Positions 16,401 to 25,115 of a stretch of 45,377 bases of DNA are shown here, in pieces. The number at the start of each line of letters is the position of its first letter. Within the stretch, counting starts at the first letter, position 1. The position numbers and the translations under genes were made by a program. The notes beneath the pieces were generated by a model. The model searched no databases. It was not told where the DNA came from and saw only the letters and a list, made by a program, of their open reading frames with translations. The stretch is from a virus (Duplodnaviria > Caudoviricetes), in IMG/VR virus record IMGVR_UViG_3300015259_000002, positions 1-45,377 of that record. One strand, written 5' to 3'.

Positions 16401-16919
16401 AATCCCTGCGGAGACCGTTCTCCTGAACCCCTGCGCCACCTGCTCCGAGTACGGCAGCGCCTTCGGCCCCTTAAAGAGTTGGGGCTCAGCCGCTCTCGCC
16501 TGCCGTCCCGCGCTCGTGAACGCCCCGAACCGGGTCCAGACTACGGGGTCCATGCCGAGCGAGAGGACGAACCGGGCGATAGCCTTCCCCGAGAGCGGCG
16601 TCTCGTCCGGGTCAGGGGGGATGATCTTGTTCAGAAGGTCGCCCGGCGCCTGCGTACGGCGTAGCAGAGCCGCCTGGCCGACTTCACCGAGCGCGGCCCC
16701 CGCGCCCTCGCCGCGGGCCAAGGAAGAGCCCCCGGCGGCCACAGCAGAGAACGGGATGGATAGGACGTCCATCGCCTTCCCGAAGAGTCCTGGGCGCTCC
16801 TGGAGGCCGTACCGCTGCGAGAAGTCCTTCCGGTACTCCTGGACGGCACCTTCCGGGACTCGCTCGGCGATAGCCCTCAGACGGGCGAACCTGGCTTCCC
16901 GATCCTCACCTTCAGCCAC
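13482..16919 (-). CDS. Large internal virion/ejection protein
   Basis: 1145 aa helical protein; third of three genes after the nozzle; PFYRW..N and LPDW motifs typical of podovirus large ejection proteins. Confidence 0.65.
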   Translation of the reverse strand: MAEGEDREARFARLRAIAERVPEGAVQEYRKDFSQRYGLQERPGLFGKAMDVLSIPFSAVAAGGSSLARGEGAGAALGEVGQAALLRRTQAPGDLLNKIIPPDPDETPLSGKAIARFVLSLGMDPVVWTRFGAFTSAGRQARAAEPQLFKGPKALPYSEQVAQGFRRTVSAGIPGTGRGLPIVPQKLDAATVAASKAVMSKFAKGFGAAVRSNPITAKAADALMDAFSRKGSSPDVAETREMHREAMEQGLRWSFRHAKEFPAISKGAETIAEQLSRNAGRHIDAGEVMALALDYAENGVRDAARFTDLPDEIKQFGEINLRPFEKLIKREIGTGVRINPLKPSREAVASARYGKIQEAEQALISLDEIGVERLSVDELAKQVRAPSETNPPFFRAAPVTMKKGVAKPEVFTAPTVRGKRVVQRKQAAPPPIDRVEEIARANRTAMEAKRIEEARRVELASELNKRIVQEVDLEVLEARYLPHAVSKYGRDEFFKLKNEQMALAALLPPNHPRLRFSGADKFSKMRKFRRPDGTSIGMIEAQKLAERGELPGYDGIKATKNIFEVDPMKFGLARAFEGEKAIAEMKFARRVVKRFGVPKVDAEGKALPGVAIPEGYESVTEGGRGGAGTELLAGYVFPSRVAKELRHTFALARPSSAVVALFQKAWAETMRLWVEWTILPFFSTISRNGIGEWYFTLLGGGGDPLDAAYALGAMTDVWMPFRNAIERGISNEKSISRLKELGLARLNMTTDGKVSLATEAAEVFPDSNVFMGVQETAQGQRLPKEWRPVDVVEEAFSRNVLGGGWSARDLQETVRMALGQTKKPTFVQKVFETSTLSPVSRRFIGLDPFRKMQSFADDWPRLTHFTALLRKGLTPSEAAFEAKKYHVSPGSLTPFEETHLRPLIPFYRWMKFNLPMSLYTAARHPEIPYLTTKAYEYLTLGVEKLDERDLPDWVKSRFGVPISMKTLEDGRRIATYTSPVGLIPVSDLNEIGSGPGLSDFIFSMWSPFIQQLVEGQPASEKDDLFLGVRMSSTMSNFLRRTWRLGNMLDQMALPKGLSEDEKSYRRKLAISRMVSPVSVSAHIEGEGRRIEAFSIRKQMIEAMKRRQRSLSRFGRLYADPEHVQAVNEDTAETIQELRKQAQELR

Positions 16920-16920
16920 C

Positions 16921-18768
16921 TCATCCGCCTCCCTGCTGCGATTGCAGGAACTCCAAGATCAGTTGGATTTCTTCCGGCGTCAGCTGGCCACCACCGGCCT
17001 TGGGACGTCCGAAGATGTTCTCTCCGGGATTCGGGGACCCCATCGGCAGGGTTTCCGGTCGAACGAGGCCCAGAATCTCCTCGATGGATGGGGCGCGCTG
17101 CGCTGGGAACTGGCGTCGGAAACCTCCCATCGCCTGTCCTTCCATCCCCTCCATCGCACGAAACGTCTGAGCGCCCGCGTTCACCGCCTGCTCCGGAACC
17201 GTCGATGCGGTCTGGCCGAACTGTTCGAGGCTTCGCGCGATATTGGGGCTCTGCTGGATGTACGCAACGAGCGCCTGAAGCGGGGACATGGCCGTCTGAG
17301 CGAGGAGTTCGCCTCCGGCCCCGAGAGCCTGAGGCGCCATCGAGAGAGCCTCGCGACCACCTCGCCCCAGTTCCTGGATCACTCGCCGTTCAGGCTCGAA
17401 CATCTTGCCCATGAGGGCACCGGCGCCCTGACGTACGCCCTGAGCCGTGATCTCGCCCATCGCCCGAGACTCCCTCGGGTCAACAGGCGACGACTGAATC
17501 CCGAACGCCTCGGCCAAGTTGCCACCGCCCTGCGTCTGAACACGGCGCATGAGATCGGCGGCCATGTTCCGGAGCGTGCCACCCATCTCCGCCCCTGCTC
17601 CGAACACGGATCCCATCGCGGTTCGTGGCATCTCCCGCGTCATCTGAGCGGTTTCCTGGGTCTCGGGGGGCATCGACTCCATCGTCCCTCCCTCGAGACG
17701 ACTGATGAACGCCTCCGCGTCCGTCGGGTCCAGGTGCAGTTCAGCGAGAGCGGACTTGTCCCCACTCCGGATCGCCGCCGCGATCCGCTCGATATCCGCC
17801 CCGCTCATCTCGAGTTCCCCGATCGCCTCGTCGATCCTGTCGGGGACCTGCTGTTGCTGCGGTTGACCGGGAGCCGCCTGAGGTGCCGCACCGGGAACGG
17901 AGGGACCTTGGCCCGGCTGCGGGGCCTGAGGGATCTGGGGAGCCTGAGGGGCGGCTATGCGGCCTCCGCCGCCACCTCCCCCGGCCGCGCGTCGCGCCGC
18001 CATGTTCGTCCCGACCTCGTACACGTCCGAGAGGAACGAGTCCTTAACCGGACCAAGAAGGGCCAGCTCGGTCTGTTCATCGGGAGTCAGTTCAGGGAGT
18101 GTCGGATTCCTGAACGGGTCGCTTCTCTCTAAGAGGGAACCCTTCCGGACACGGAGTTCTTCGGAGGCCGCCTGAGCCGAAGACTGGAACCCCTTCGAAG
18201 CTCCGGGCTCCCCTCTCATCAACGACTTCCCTGACTTCAGGAGTTCTTTGACCCCCGGCATCGTCTCGGCGAAGGGCTTCAGGACGCCACGGATCTCCTG
18301 GGCGCGGGCCTTCATGCGGAGAGACGAGGATGTCGGCCCCTTCACACCGGAGGTCCGCCGTTGCTCCTCTTCACGGTGCGTGATGACGTCCTTCTGGGCC
18401 GCTGTCTTCGCTGCCAGCTGGCGATCAAACTCCTCCTTCTCTCTCCCCTCCTTCGACAGTTCCTCTCTCTTCTTGACTCTCGCCTGCTTCTTCGAAGCGA
18501 GTTGCTGAAGGATGACCGGGAGGAACGCTTCAGGATCCCCCTTCGCCGCCTCAGCGAACTTCTGCTTTTTCGGACCGAGAGCCGGGAGACCCTGGGCCTT
18601 TCGCGCAGCCGCCTTCGGCCCCGTAGGGATCAGGGTCTCGATCGCCTGCTGGAGAGCGAACCGCTTCCGGTCCTCGTCCCGCAGTTTGTTCATATTGTCC
18701 AGAACTGCTGCGAGACGATCAAACCCGGAGAAATCTAGAGGACCCGCTCGTTGGTTAATAAGAGGCAT
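16921..18768 (-). CDS. Internal virion/ejection protein
   Basis: A/Q/G/E-rich 615-aa protein in the ejection-gene position. Confidence 0.6.
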   Translation of the reverse strand: MPLINQRAGPLDFSGFDRLAAVLDNMNKLRDEDRKRFALQQAIETLIPTGPKAAARKAQGLPALGPKKQKFAEAAKGDPEAFLPVILQQLASKKQARVKKREELSKEGREKEEFDRQLAAKTAAQKDVITHREEEQRRTSGVKGPTSSSLRMKARAQEIRGVLKPFAETMPGVKELLKSGKSLMRGEPGASKGFQSSAQAASEELRVRKGSLLERSDPFRNPTLPELTPDEQTELALLGPVKDSFLSDVYEVGTNMAARRAAGGGGGGGRIAAPQAPQIPQAPQPGQGPSVPGAAPQAAPGQPQQQQVPDRIDEAIGELEMSGADIERIAAAIRSGDKSALAELHLDPTDAEAFISRLEGGTMESMPPETQETAQMTREMPRTAMGSVFGAGAEMGGTLRNMAADLMRRVQTQGGGNLAEAFGIQSSPVDPRESRAMGEITAQGVRQGAGALMGKMFEPERRVIQELGRGGREALSMAPQALGAGGELLAQTAMSPLQALVAYIQQSPNIARSLEQFGQTASTVPEQAVNAGAQTFRAMEGMEGQAMGGFRRQFPAQRAPSIEEILGLVRPETLPMGSPNPGENIFGRPKAGGGQLTPEEIQLILEFLQSQQGGG

Positions 18769-19373
18769 TAGAGGAGACCGAGGATTCCAGCGCCGCCAGT
18801 TCCACCAGCACCCTGCTTCTGACCGAGAATTCCCTGAAGCCCAGCGATCGTTCCGACGACTCCGTTGATGTCACCGAGAACCTGCTGGAACCCGGTCGGA
18901 CGGCTTCTCTTGATCGCGGCCAGTTGTTCCGACATGCCGCGAGACGCTCTCTGTTGTTCGAGGATCTGAAGAAGAAACTGGAGAGCCTCGGTTCGGGCCA
19001 TCTGCTGCCTCTGCTGAAGAGCCTCCTGGTAGAGACCAGGAAGTTGGGCCTGCTGCATCGCCTCTTCCTGCATGAGGCCGCCTGTTGCCGCAGCCCCGAT
19101 CCCGGATCCCTCTAGGCCGCGTTGTGCGAGGCTCTGATTGAGCCTCTCCATCGATCCCGACTGAGCCCGAGACAGTTGGTCTGAATATCGACCGAACTGG
19201 CGCCGCGTCCGCTGACGCTGGACTCTTGGGTTAAGTTGAGTCGAAAGCTGCTGGAAGATGGACTCAAAGAGAGGATTCGGCTGGAATCCAGGAACCTCCC
19301 TCGCGTACTTCTCACGCGCCTCCTGACCGGGGAACCCGAGGCTCGCTTCTAAACCGAGATATCCGCCGGCCAC
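18768..19373 (-). CDS. Small internal virion (pilot-like) protein
   Basis: Q-rich helix, LAQRGLEGSGI motif and Gly-rich hydrophobic C-terminus. Confidence 0.62.
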   Translation of the reverse strand: MAGGYLGLEASLGFPGQEAREKYAREVPGFQPNPLFESIFQQLSTQLNPRVQRQRTRRQFGRYSDQLSRAQSGSMERLNQSLAQRGLEGSGIGAAATGGLMQEEAMQQAQLPGLYQEALQQRQQMARTEALQFLLQILEQQRASRGMSEQLAAIKRSRPTGFQQVLGDINGVVGTIAGLQGILGQKQGAGGTGGAGILGLL

Positions 19374-19385
19374 TTTAAGACCCTC

Positions 19386-19790
19386 CTACATCAGAAGAAT
19401 GCGGTACGAGTTCGTCACCGTATCGCCCGCAACACCGAAGATCACCTGGCTCGCATTCCACTGTCCTGTGGACGCCGGAGCGAGAGCGATCTGAAACGGA
19501 TTATACAGAATGTTCAGGTATCCCTGCGGGGTTCTGCTCAGGCTGTGCGTGAACGTCACCGCATGAACCGCCGTTGAACTCGCAAACGTGATGTTGCGAA
19601 TGTCCCAACCCATATTCCCGCCAGAGAATAGGGTCTCTGTTCCCGTGCCAGCCGCCGTCGAGATCGGCATGATGGCGGAGGCCGCCATGTTGTCGCTCGA
19701 TACCCTTCCATCGAGAACAACGTAGACAGGGTTGACCTGCCCCTCTTCCTGCTGGTCTCGACCTCGGAACGGTCTCGCTGGAACGCTCAC
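19386..19790 (-). CDS. Tail-associated structural protein
   Basis: Follows the nozzle gene; THSLSRTPQG strand motif. Confidence 0.6.
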   Translation of the reverse strand: MSVPARPFRGRDQQEEGQVNPVYVVLDGRVSSDNMAASAIMPISTAAGTGTETLFSGGNMGWDIRNITFASSTAVHAVTFTHSLSRTPQGYLNILYNPFQIALAPASTGQWNASQVIFGVAGDTVTNSYRILLM

Positions 19791-22700
19791 GTTCTGCCCT
19801 CCGCTCCGAAGTTGATCGTAGCGAATCGGATCGCGAACCCCTCGTGGCAGAACTGATTCCGATACTTGAACTGAACCCTCTTCGCTCGAGCATTCAGGTT
19901 GTATCGCTCGCTGGAATCCACCGTCGTCCCAGCCGTTCCAACCGTGACGTCCCTTCCCTCCGAGACTGTCGTGAAGTCGGTTGAGAACTCCGTCGCAAGG
20001 CCAACATTGAGTCGGCTCTGTGTGAGCGATCCCGGCGCGTTGTTGTCGAGCGAGAACTGGCCTTCGAGTTCGATTTCTTCGACACGAGAGAAGAGGTTAG
20101 GAGCCGTGAGGGCGATCGGCTTCGTGAAGTAGATAGCGTCGATAGGTCCAACTCTGTACCCATCGCCAGAGGCCGGTGTGAACCCCAATTCAGCCGCAGT
20201 CTTATCGATGACGATCGTGGTGGAGGTGTTGGAGAGAATGTGACCCTCTCCCTCTGTTCCATCGGAATCGATGACAACGATCCTCGATCCCTTCCATCCA
20301 TCCGAAGTGGCTGAGGCTCCAAAGGCGCCAGAGACGGTGATCGTCAAAAACTGTCCAGCGGTTCCCGCTCCGGAGATGTTTCCAAAGGTCGTTCCTGTCA
20401 TACCCAGGTCAGCGTGGTTGAACGTAGCTTCTGCGTCACCTCTCCATACGTAGCCCAGATCATCTCCCCAGAAGATCCGATCGAGCCCCTCTTCGTCCGT
20501 GATCCCCTGAAGGCACCGAATGTGCATGACCGTGAAGAGAGACCAGAATCTCTCCATGTAGTCCCACACAAGAATATCGTGGGATGATCCCAGTCCAGCC
20601 GTCTTGACTCCGAACCAAATCTGGGTCCGATTCCGGTTATGACCCGTGGTGGAGGTATCGAGCCCCGCCTTGTCGAAGTCCAGGAACGTCTCGTAGATTT
20701 CTTTTCCGATCCAGTCGAATACGGTTCCGTTCGTTCGATACGGGCCACGGTTCGAAGTGAAGTAGATCCATCCGTCAATCGAGAGAATTGAGAAGTGGGA
20801 GAGGCACCCGAGTCCCTTCGTTAGCTCCTGCACGACAAAACTACTTGGGCCGAATCCAGAGAGAACGAATATCGAAGTCTGCTTGAAGATAAAGAGCCGG
20901 TCGAAGAGGACACCGAGACCCGTGATCGGCTCCCCAGTTCCGCTCTCGATTTCGATGAAGTTAAGGATCCCGAACTCCTCGAAAGAGAGGGACTCCGAGT
21001 AAAAGAGCCGACTTCTGGTGTTCTCGTCTCTCGTGTCATTGGCCATGAAGATCCGGCCATTGAACTCGACGGCGTACTGAGCCCACGGTGGAGGGCCTGA
21101 GTTGGAAAAACCGCCACGAGAATCGAGAGCGAATCCGAGAGTCGCATCCCCCACCATGTCGGTGTACTCGCTCGGAGTCGTCGCCGTCGGGGTGTTCGTG
21201 ATCTCGTCAACGAACCGGAATTCCGCTGAACCGGGCCTTGGGATACCGCTCGTGTCTCCGTGGAGTGTCCGGTAGATACGAATCGCGTCCACCTGCGGAT
21301 CTGAAGACGGATGCAGAAGGAGCGTCACCTGACTCGCTCCGGACGAATCTCTGTAGACCGCCGACATCGGAGACGGATCGCTCTCGACGCCGCTCTCTCG
21401 TGAGATGTAGGTATATCGGTACGCAACATCTCCATTGATGCCGGTCCCGGACCCGCTCGTTTTGAACCCATTCTGTCGCGTCGGACCCTGGATTCCCCAG
21501 CGACGAACGATCGTTCCATCGTAGACGAGAGGCGGCGAAAGACCGTTCGTGAGGTACGCGTTATTCCCTACGTGTACGTGGGAGGCGAGATGTCCTCCCT
21601 GGAAACCAGAACTCTTCTCGACAGTGAAGGCGCCGGGGAGAGTGGTGCTGTCAAAAGTGAGGATCGCCCCTTCTGCTGCGACGAGTAACTTCTCAGTCCC
21701 ACTTGGAGTCTGATACTCCGTGAGCATATCGATGAGACCAGCCTGGACGGACCCCCTAAGAAGTCCCGCAGCCCACTCGGGGACGTGAGTTCCTGGCCAG
21801 AGAACAGCGGAGAGACCGCCAACGATCCTGAGAGGAGGGCCGGCCGCTGAGGCCGAACGCCCAGAGTCCTCGGAGAAGATGTTGGGACGGGTCCCGCTCG
21901 TCGTCGTGGCGGCCGGGGCGTCGTTGTAGTCGCGCGAGTTCTGGTCGAACTTCCAGTATCCAATGAGACCGTTCACTCCGGAGTACGTCGTGTTGATCTC
22001 TTTCTGCGGGAGCGGCTTGTCGAAATACTGGAGGATCTGAGCCGCAGTCCGAGTGTCGTCTCCGGCGACGACGCCGACTCGAGCCCAGAATCGAACCTCA
22101 TCAAACGCGCATGAGGTGTAGCTCGACGTGGACGCGATCCCATTCGAGCCGATGAACGCATTCTGAAGGTTGCCGCCAGGCCCACGGTCGCGAGCCGTGC
22201 CATCGTCTGCGCTCGTATCTGTTCCGCTATCAACTCCGTCCAAGAAAACCTTGAGCTGAGTACGGGTTGCGGCTCCAGCAACGAGTTTCCGCTGGACCGA
22301 GATCATCGTCGTCGTACCAGCGACGAGGGCCGTAGCTGACGTGGCCGTCAACAACTCCAGAGAGCCTCCGCCCGCCGCCGCCGTGGTCGCTTCCGCCTGC
22401 ACGAGCCCGGCCGCCGTGGTCGTGACCACAAGCACGAACCCGTCCGGAGAGACCGCGTCCGTCTTCCAGTGGAAGAGTTGCCGCGAGACGACGGATCCAC
22501 CAGTCGGGATCTCGACCGCAAGTTCGATCGTCCAGGCGAGCGTGTTCCCCTGCTGGACGAAAGCGGCGTAACTCGCTCGGACGTCGGTGTCGGTGGACGG
22601 GAACCCAGCGAACGGGAGGATCACTGAGTCGTCGTAGCCATCCGTCTTGATCGAGTAGAGTTGCTCGTCGGGAATGAGGCCGACCTGATACTGCGGGCGC

Positions 22701-23611
22701 CTCGGCTCCAGGAACCCATTGTTGTCGGTTCCGCTGCCACGGATCTCGGACATATCGTCGTTGACCGCAGCACCGTTCCGATCGTTCAGCTTCCAGTAGC
22801 CACGAAGGCTCGTCGCGTTCGGGTGCGAGGTGTCGAGTTCTCGGTCTCGGTACGTCGAGAGCGCCGTAGCCGGAGCGGCTCCAGTCGCGAGCGTGGCGGC
22901 CCAGATCCGAACTTCGTCGAGGAATCCAGCTACCGGCTCGTCGTCGATCAGTGTCGCGTCAGTGAAGTCCACGAAGCCTGTCGAGGATCTCCCCGCTGCG
23001 CCGAGAAGGATCGGCACATCGAGATTCAGGAGAGAGCCCGCGTCCGTCCGACTCGTCGTTCCAGTAGTTCCGGTCTCAACGTCCGTCACGAAGATGTTCT
23101 GGTGCCCATCAACGAAAGTAGCTGCGACGTGGTAACGCGTCCCCGCGACTACGGTAGTTGAGGTGTCCGTGAGAGACCGCTCCGTGCCGCCTGCGGTGTA
23201 CCGGAAGCGGAATCTTTCGACGCCACCCGACTGCACCTGAGAGATCGACCACGACAACCGAGAGCCCGCGGCCGCGCTCGTATTCGAACGGCAGATGAGC
23301 ACCTGCTCACCGGCAGCTCCCGCGACGGTCGTTGGCTTGTACGTCAACTCAAGCGTGAGAGCCGCGGTGATGTCGTAGTCGGCAGTGTCGGTGATGAACA
23401 CCCATCCGCTCGTTCCGTCGAAGTTGAGACCACCCTTCCCGATCGCGAGAGAGTTGACCTTCCGGGCTCCGTGCCGCTTCGCGATCATCCCCTGATCGAA
23501 CTCGACGTTCTCGCACTGCGGGGACTCGTCGTCTTCGATCAGAGATCGATCCAAATTGGTAACGAGCCCCTTCGATCCCTGAAGGGTCTTCAGGCGATAA
23601 GGGCTAGGCAT
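19787..23611 (-). CDS. Tail nozzle/stabilisation protein (P22 gp10/T7 gp12-like) with two inserted LamG domains
   Basis: N-terminal GL...NVEF..G.IAKR.G; LamG motifs (YHVAATF...GFLDEVRIW...GYWKLND; FDEVRFW...GYWKFD); propeller-like C-terminal half. Confidence 0.75.
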   Translation of the reverse strand: MPSPYRLKTLQGSKGLVTNLDRSLIEDDESPQCENVEFDQGMIAKRHGARKVNSLAIGKGGLNFDGTSGWVFITDTADYDITAALTLELTYKPTTVAGAAGEQVLICRSNTSAAAGSRLSWSISQVQSGGVERFRFRYTAGGTERSLTDTSTTVVAGTRYHVAATFVDGHQNIFVTDVETGTTGTTSRTDAGSLLNLDVPILLGAAGRSSTGFVDFTDATLIDDEPVAGFLDEVRIWAATLATGAAPATALSTYRDRELDTSHPNATSLRGYWKLNDRNGAAVNDDMSEIRGSGTDNNGFLEPRRPQYQVGLIPDEQLYSIKTDGYDDSVILPFAGFPSTDTDVRASYAAFVQQGNTLAWTIELAVEIPTGGSVVSRQLFHWKTDAVSPDGFVLVVTTTAAGLVQAEATTAAAGGGSLELLTATSATALVAGTTTMISVQRKLVAGAATRTQLKVFLDGVDSGTDTSADDGTARDRGPGGNLQNAFIGSNGIASTSSYTSCAFDEVRFWARVGVVAGDDTRTAAQILQYFDKPLPQKEINTTYSGVNGLIGYWKFDQNSRDYNDAPAATTTSGTRPNIFSEDSGRSASAAGPPLRIVGGLSAVLWPGTHVPEWAAGLLRGSVQAGLIDMLTEYQTPSGTEKLLVAAEGAILTFDSTTLPGAFTVEKSSGFQGGHLASHVHVGNNAYLTNGLSPPLVYDGTIVRRWGIQGPTRQNGFKTSGSGTGINGDVAYRYTYISRESGVESDPSPMSAVYRDSSGASQVTLLLHPSSDPQVDAIRIYRTLHGDTSGIPRPGSAEFRFVDEITNTPTATTPSEYTDMVGDATLGFALDSRGGFSNSGPPPWAQYAVEFNGRIFMANDTRDENTRSRLFYSESLSFEEFGILNFIEIESGTGEPITGLGVLFDRLFIFKQTSIFVLSGFGPSSFVVQELTKGLGCLSHFSILSIDGWIYFTSNRGPYRTNGTVFDWIGKEIYETFLDFDKAGLDTSTTGHNRNRTQIWFGVKTAGLGSSHDILVWDYMERFWSLFTVMHIRCLQGITDEEGLDRIFWGDDLGYVWRGDAEATFNHADLGMTGTTFGNISGAGTAGQFLTITVSGAFGASATSDGWKGSRIVVIDSDGTEGEGHILSNTSTTIVIDKTAAELGFTPASGDGYRVGPIDAIYFTKPIALTAPNLFSRVEEIELEGQFSLDNNAPGSLTQSRLNVGLATEFSTDFTTVSEGRDVTVGTAGTTVDSSERYNLNARAKRVQFKYRNQFCHEGFAIRFATINFGAEGRT

Positions 23612-23614
23612 GAG

Positions 23615-24859
23615 TTACCCCGTTACGATCTGGCTCGGAAGGACTCCGATGAAGGCGTCGAGATCGCTGATAGGAGGCCCGTACCTTCGGGAGAACTGCC
23701 ACACTCTGTCGTCATCGCTCTCGGCGAGTTGACGAGCGCGGGCGAGTCCCACATCGAACTGTCTCTCTTGAACGGACATCATTCTCGCGTCCGACATATA
23801 GCGAGCCAGATGATACAGGCCGCCGTCAGAGATAACAGAGTGGAGTTCTTGAGGAAGACGTGGCTCCTCTTCGTCTCCCTGAAGCGGGGCCGGCATAGCG
23901 TGATATTCGACATCGACCTGCATCCGGCTGTCCGGGAGTGGGTAGAAGCGAATCCAGGGCGCATTCCCCGGCATGATCCTGAACGTCACGTTCGAGGCCG
24001 TGGCCCCCTGGTAGGGCTCATCGAGCGTGATCGCTGTGCCAGAGGCTACAGATCGAATCCGGTAGTACCGAGAGTCGGAGGCGAACCGGATGAACATCGT
24101 CGGCAAGAGGCTCGTGGCGGCCGAGGCGTTCGTAGAGATGACAGCGTTCACGAAGTCCGGAGTGATCGAGCCTCCAGCGACCGCGCCGGACCCGTTCGTG
24201 ACGACAACGTTGCCAGCGGTCCCGCCGATCTGAAGCTGAATCGCAGAGCCCCAGAAGTCAGGGAGCCCCCCTCCGTAGACCGTCGAGTACCAGAAAGGAT
24301 CCCCGGTCTGACCGAGAAGAGAGGGATCGGGGATCTGGGTCTGAACGCTCCGGTCCCACTGAGCGATCAACTTCACCGGGGACTGGGACTGTTTCACGAT
24401 GTACGTGGTGATGAGATCGGGAGGAAGTCGGTAGTTCCATCCCGTGATCGTGAAGGACTGATCGTTCGATGCGGTGCCGATCGCGGCGCCCGTGTACGGG
24501 GGATCGATGACGGCGGTCGTCGTCGAAGTCACGTCTCGGATCAGGTAGCTCTCTTGATCAGATCCGACACGCAGGAGGGCTCCGATGAACCGACGATCGA
24601 GCCTGGAGGACGCGCCGAAGGTCGCGGTAGCCAACCCGCCCGTCAGAGTCACCCCGGTCGCCGCCGCAGCGGCACCCTCTAACTGGGCGTAGGTCTGTAC
24701 AGTGAAGTAGCGACGCAGCCACCACGCATTCGGTACAACACGGGCCACTTCCTCGTAGGCCCGGTTGATGAACTTGTCGATCTCTGTATTGACCGCCGTG
24801 GACGGAGTCGCATTTCCGTACTGTTGACGGAGTGTGGCCCGGTACTCGGCGAATCTCAT
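23615..24859 (-). CDS. Head-tail adaptor protein
   Basis: FINRAYEEV, YRLPPD, FYPLPD and P.LPQELH motifs; directly upstream of the nozzle. Confidence 0.75.
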   Translation of the reverse strand: MRFAEYRATLRQQYGNATPSTAVNTEIDKFINRAYEEVARVVPNAWWLRRYFTVQTYAQLEGAAAAATGVTLTGGLATATFGASSRLDRRFIGALLRVGSDQESYLIRDVTSTTTAVIDPPYTGAAIGTASNDQSFTITGWNYRLPPDLITTYIVKQSQSPVKLIAQWDRSVQTQIPDPSLLGQTGDPFWYSTVYGGGLPDFWGSAIQLQIGGTAGNVVVTNGSGAVAGGSITPDFVNAVISTNASAATSLLPTMFIRFASDSRYYRIRSVASGTAITLDEPYQGATASNVTFRIMPGNAPWIRFYPLPDSRMQVDVEYHAMPAPLQGDEEEPRLPQELHSVISDGGLYHLARYMSDARMMSVQERQFDVGLARARQLAESDDDRVWQFSRRYGPPISDLDAFIGVLPSQIVTG

Positions 24860-24871
24860 TTCTGCCCAGTC

Positions 24872-25108
24872 TCACAGAGAATCGTGAAGTCCAGAGGTTC
24901 CCACTCTACCATGAGGCCCAGGTCGGCCGCGTCGGTACTCGTCCTCCATCATCGCCGCCCGTACGTCATCGAACGATGGGAACGCAGTCGCAATCGCCTC
25001 TTCAGCGATCTCGACCTCCATCTCCTTCAGGGGCTCGGGCTCTTTCTTCTCAACGAGAACCGGCTCGCTCTTCTCGGTCTTGTTCTTACGCCATCCCTTT
25101 GGCGGCAT
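24872..25108 (-). CDS. Small charged protein
   Basis: GAGGT RBS before ATG 25108 (MPPKGWRK). Confidence 0.6.
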   Translation of the reverse strand: MPPKGWRKNKTEKSEPVLVEKKEPEPLKEMEVEIAEEAIATAFPSFDDVRAAMMEDEYRRGRPGPHGRVGTSGLHDSL

Positions 25109-25115
25109 ATCTACC

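Noticed and set aside
16054-18132. 692-aa plus-strand ORF
   Set aside because: Antisense shadow of the ejection-protein genes in GC-rich DNA; no motifs.
23471-24682. 403-aa plus-strand ORF and similar antisense ORFs (31221-32204, 35139-35870, 37437-38417)
   Set aside because: Antisense to well-supported structural genes.
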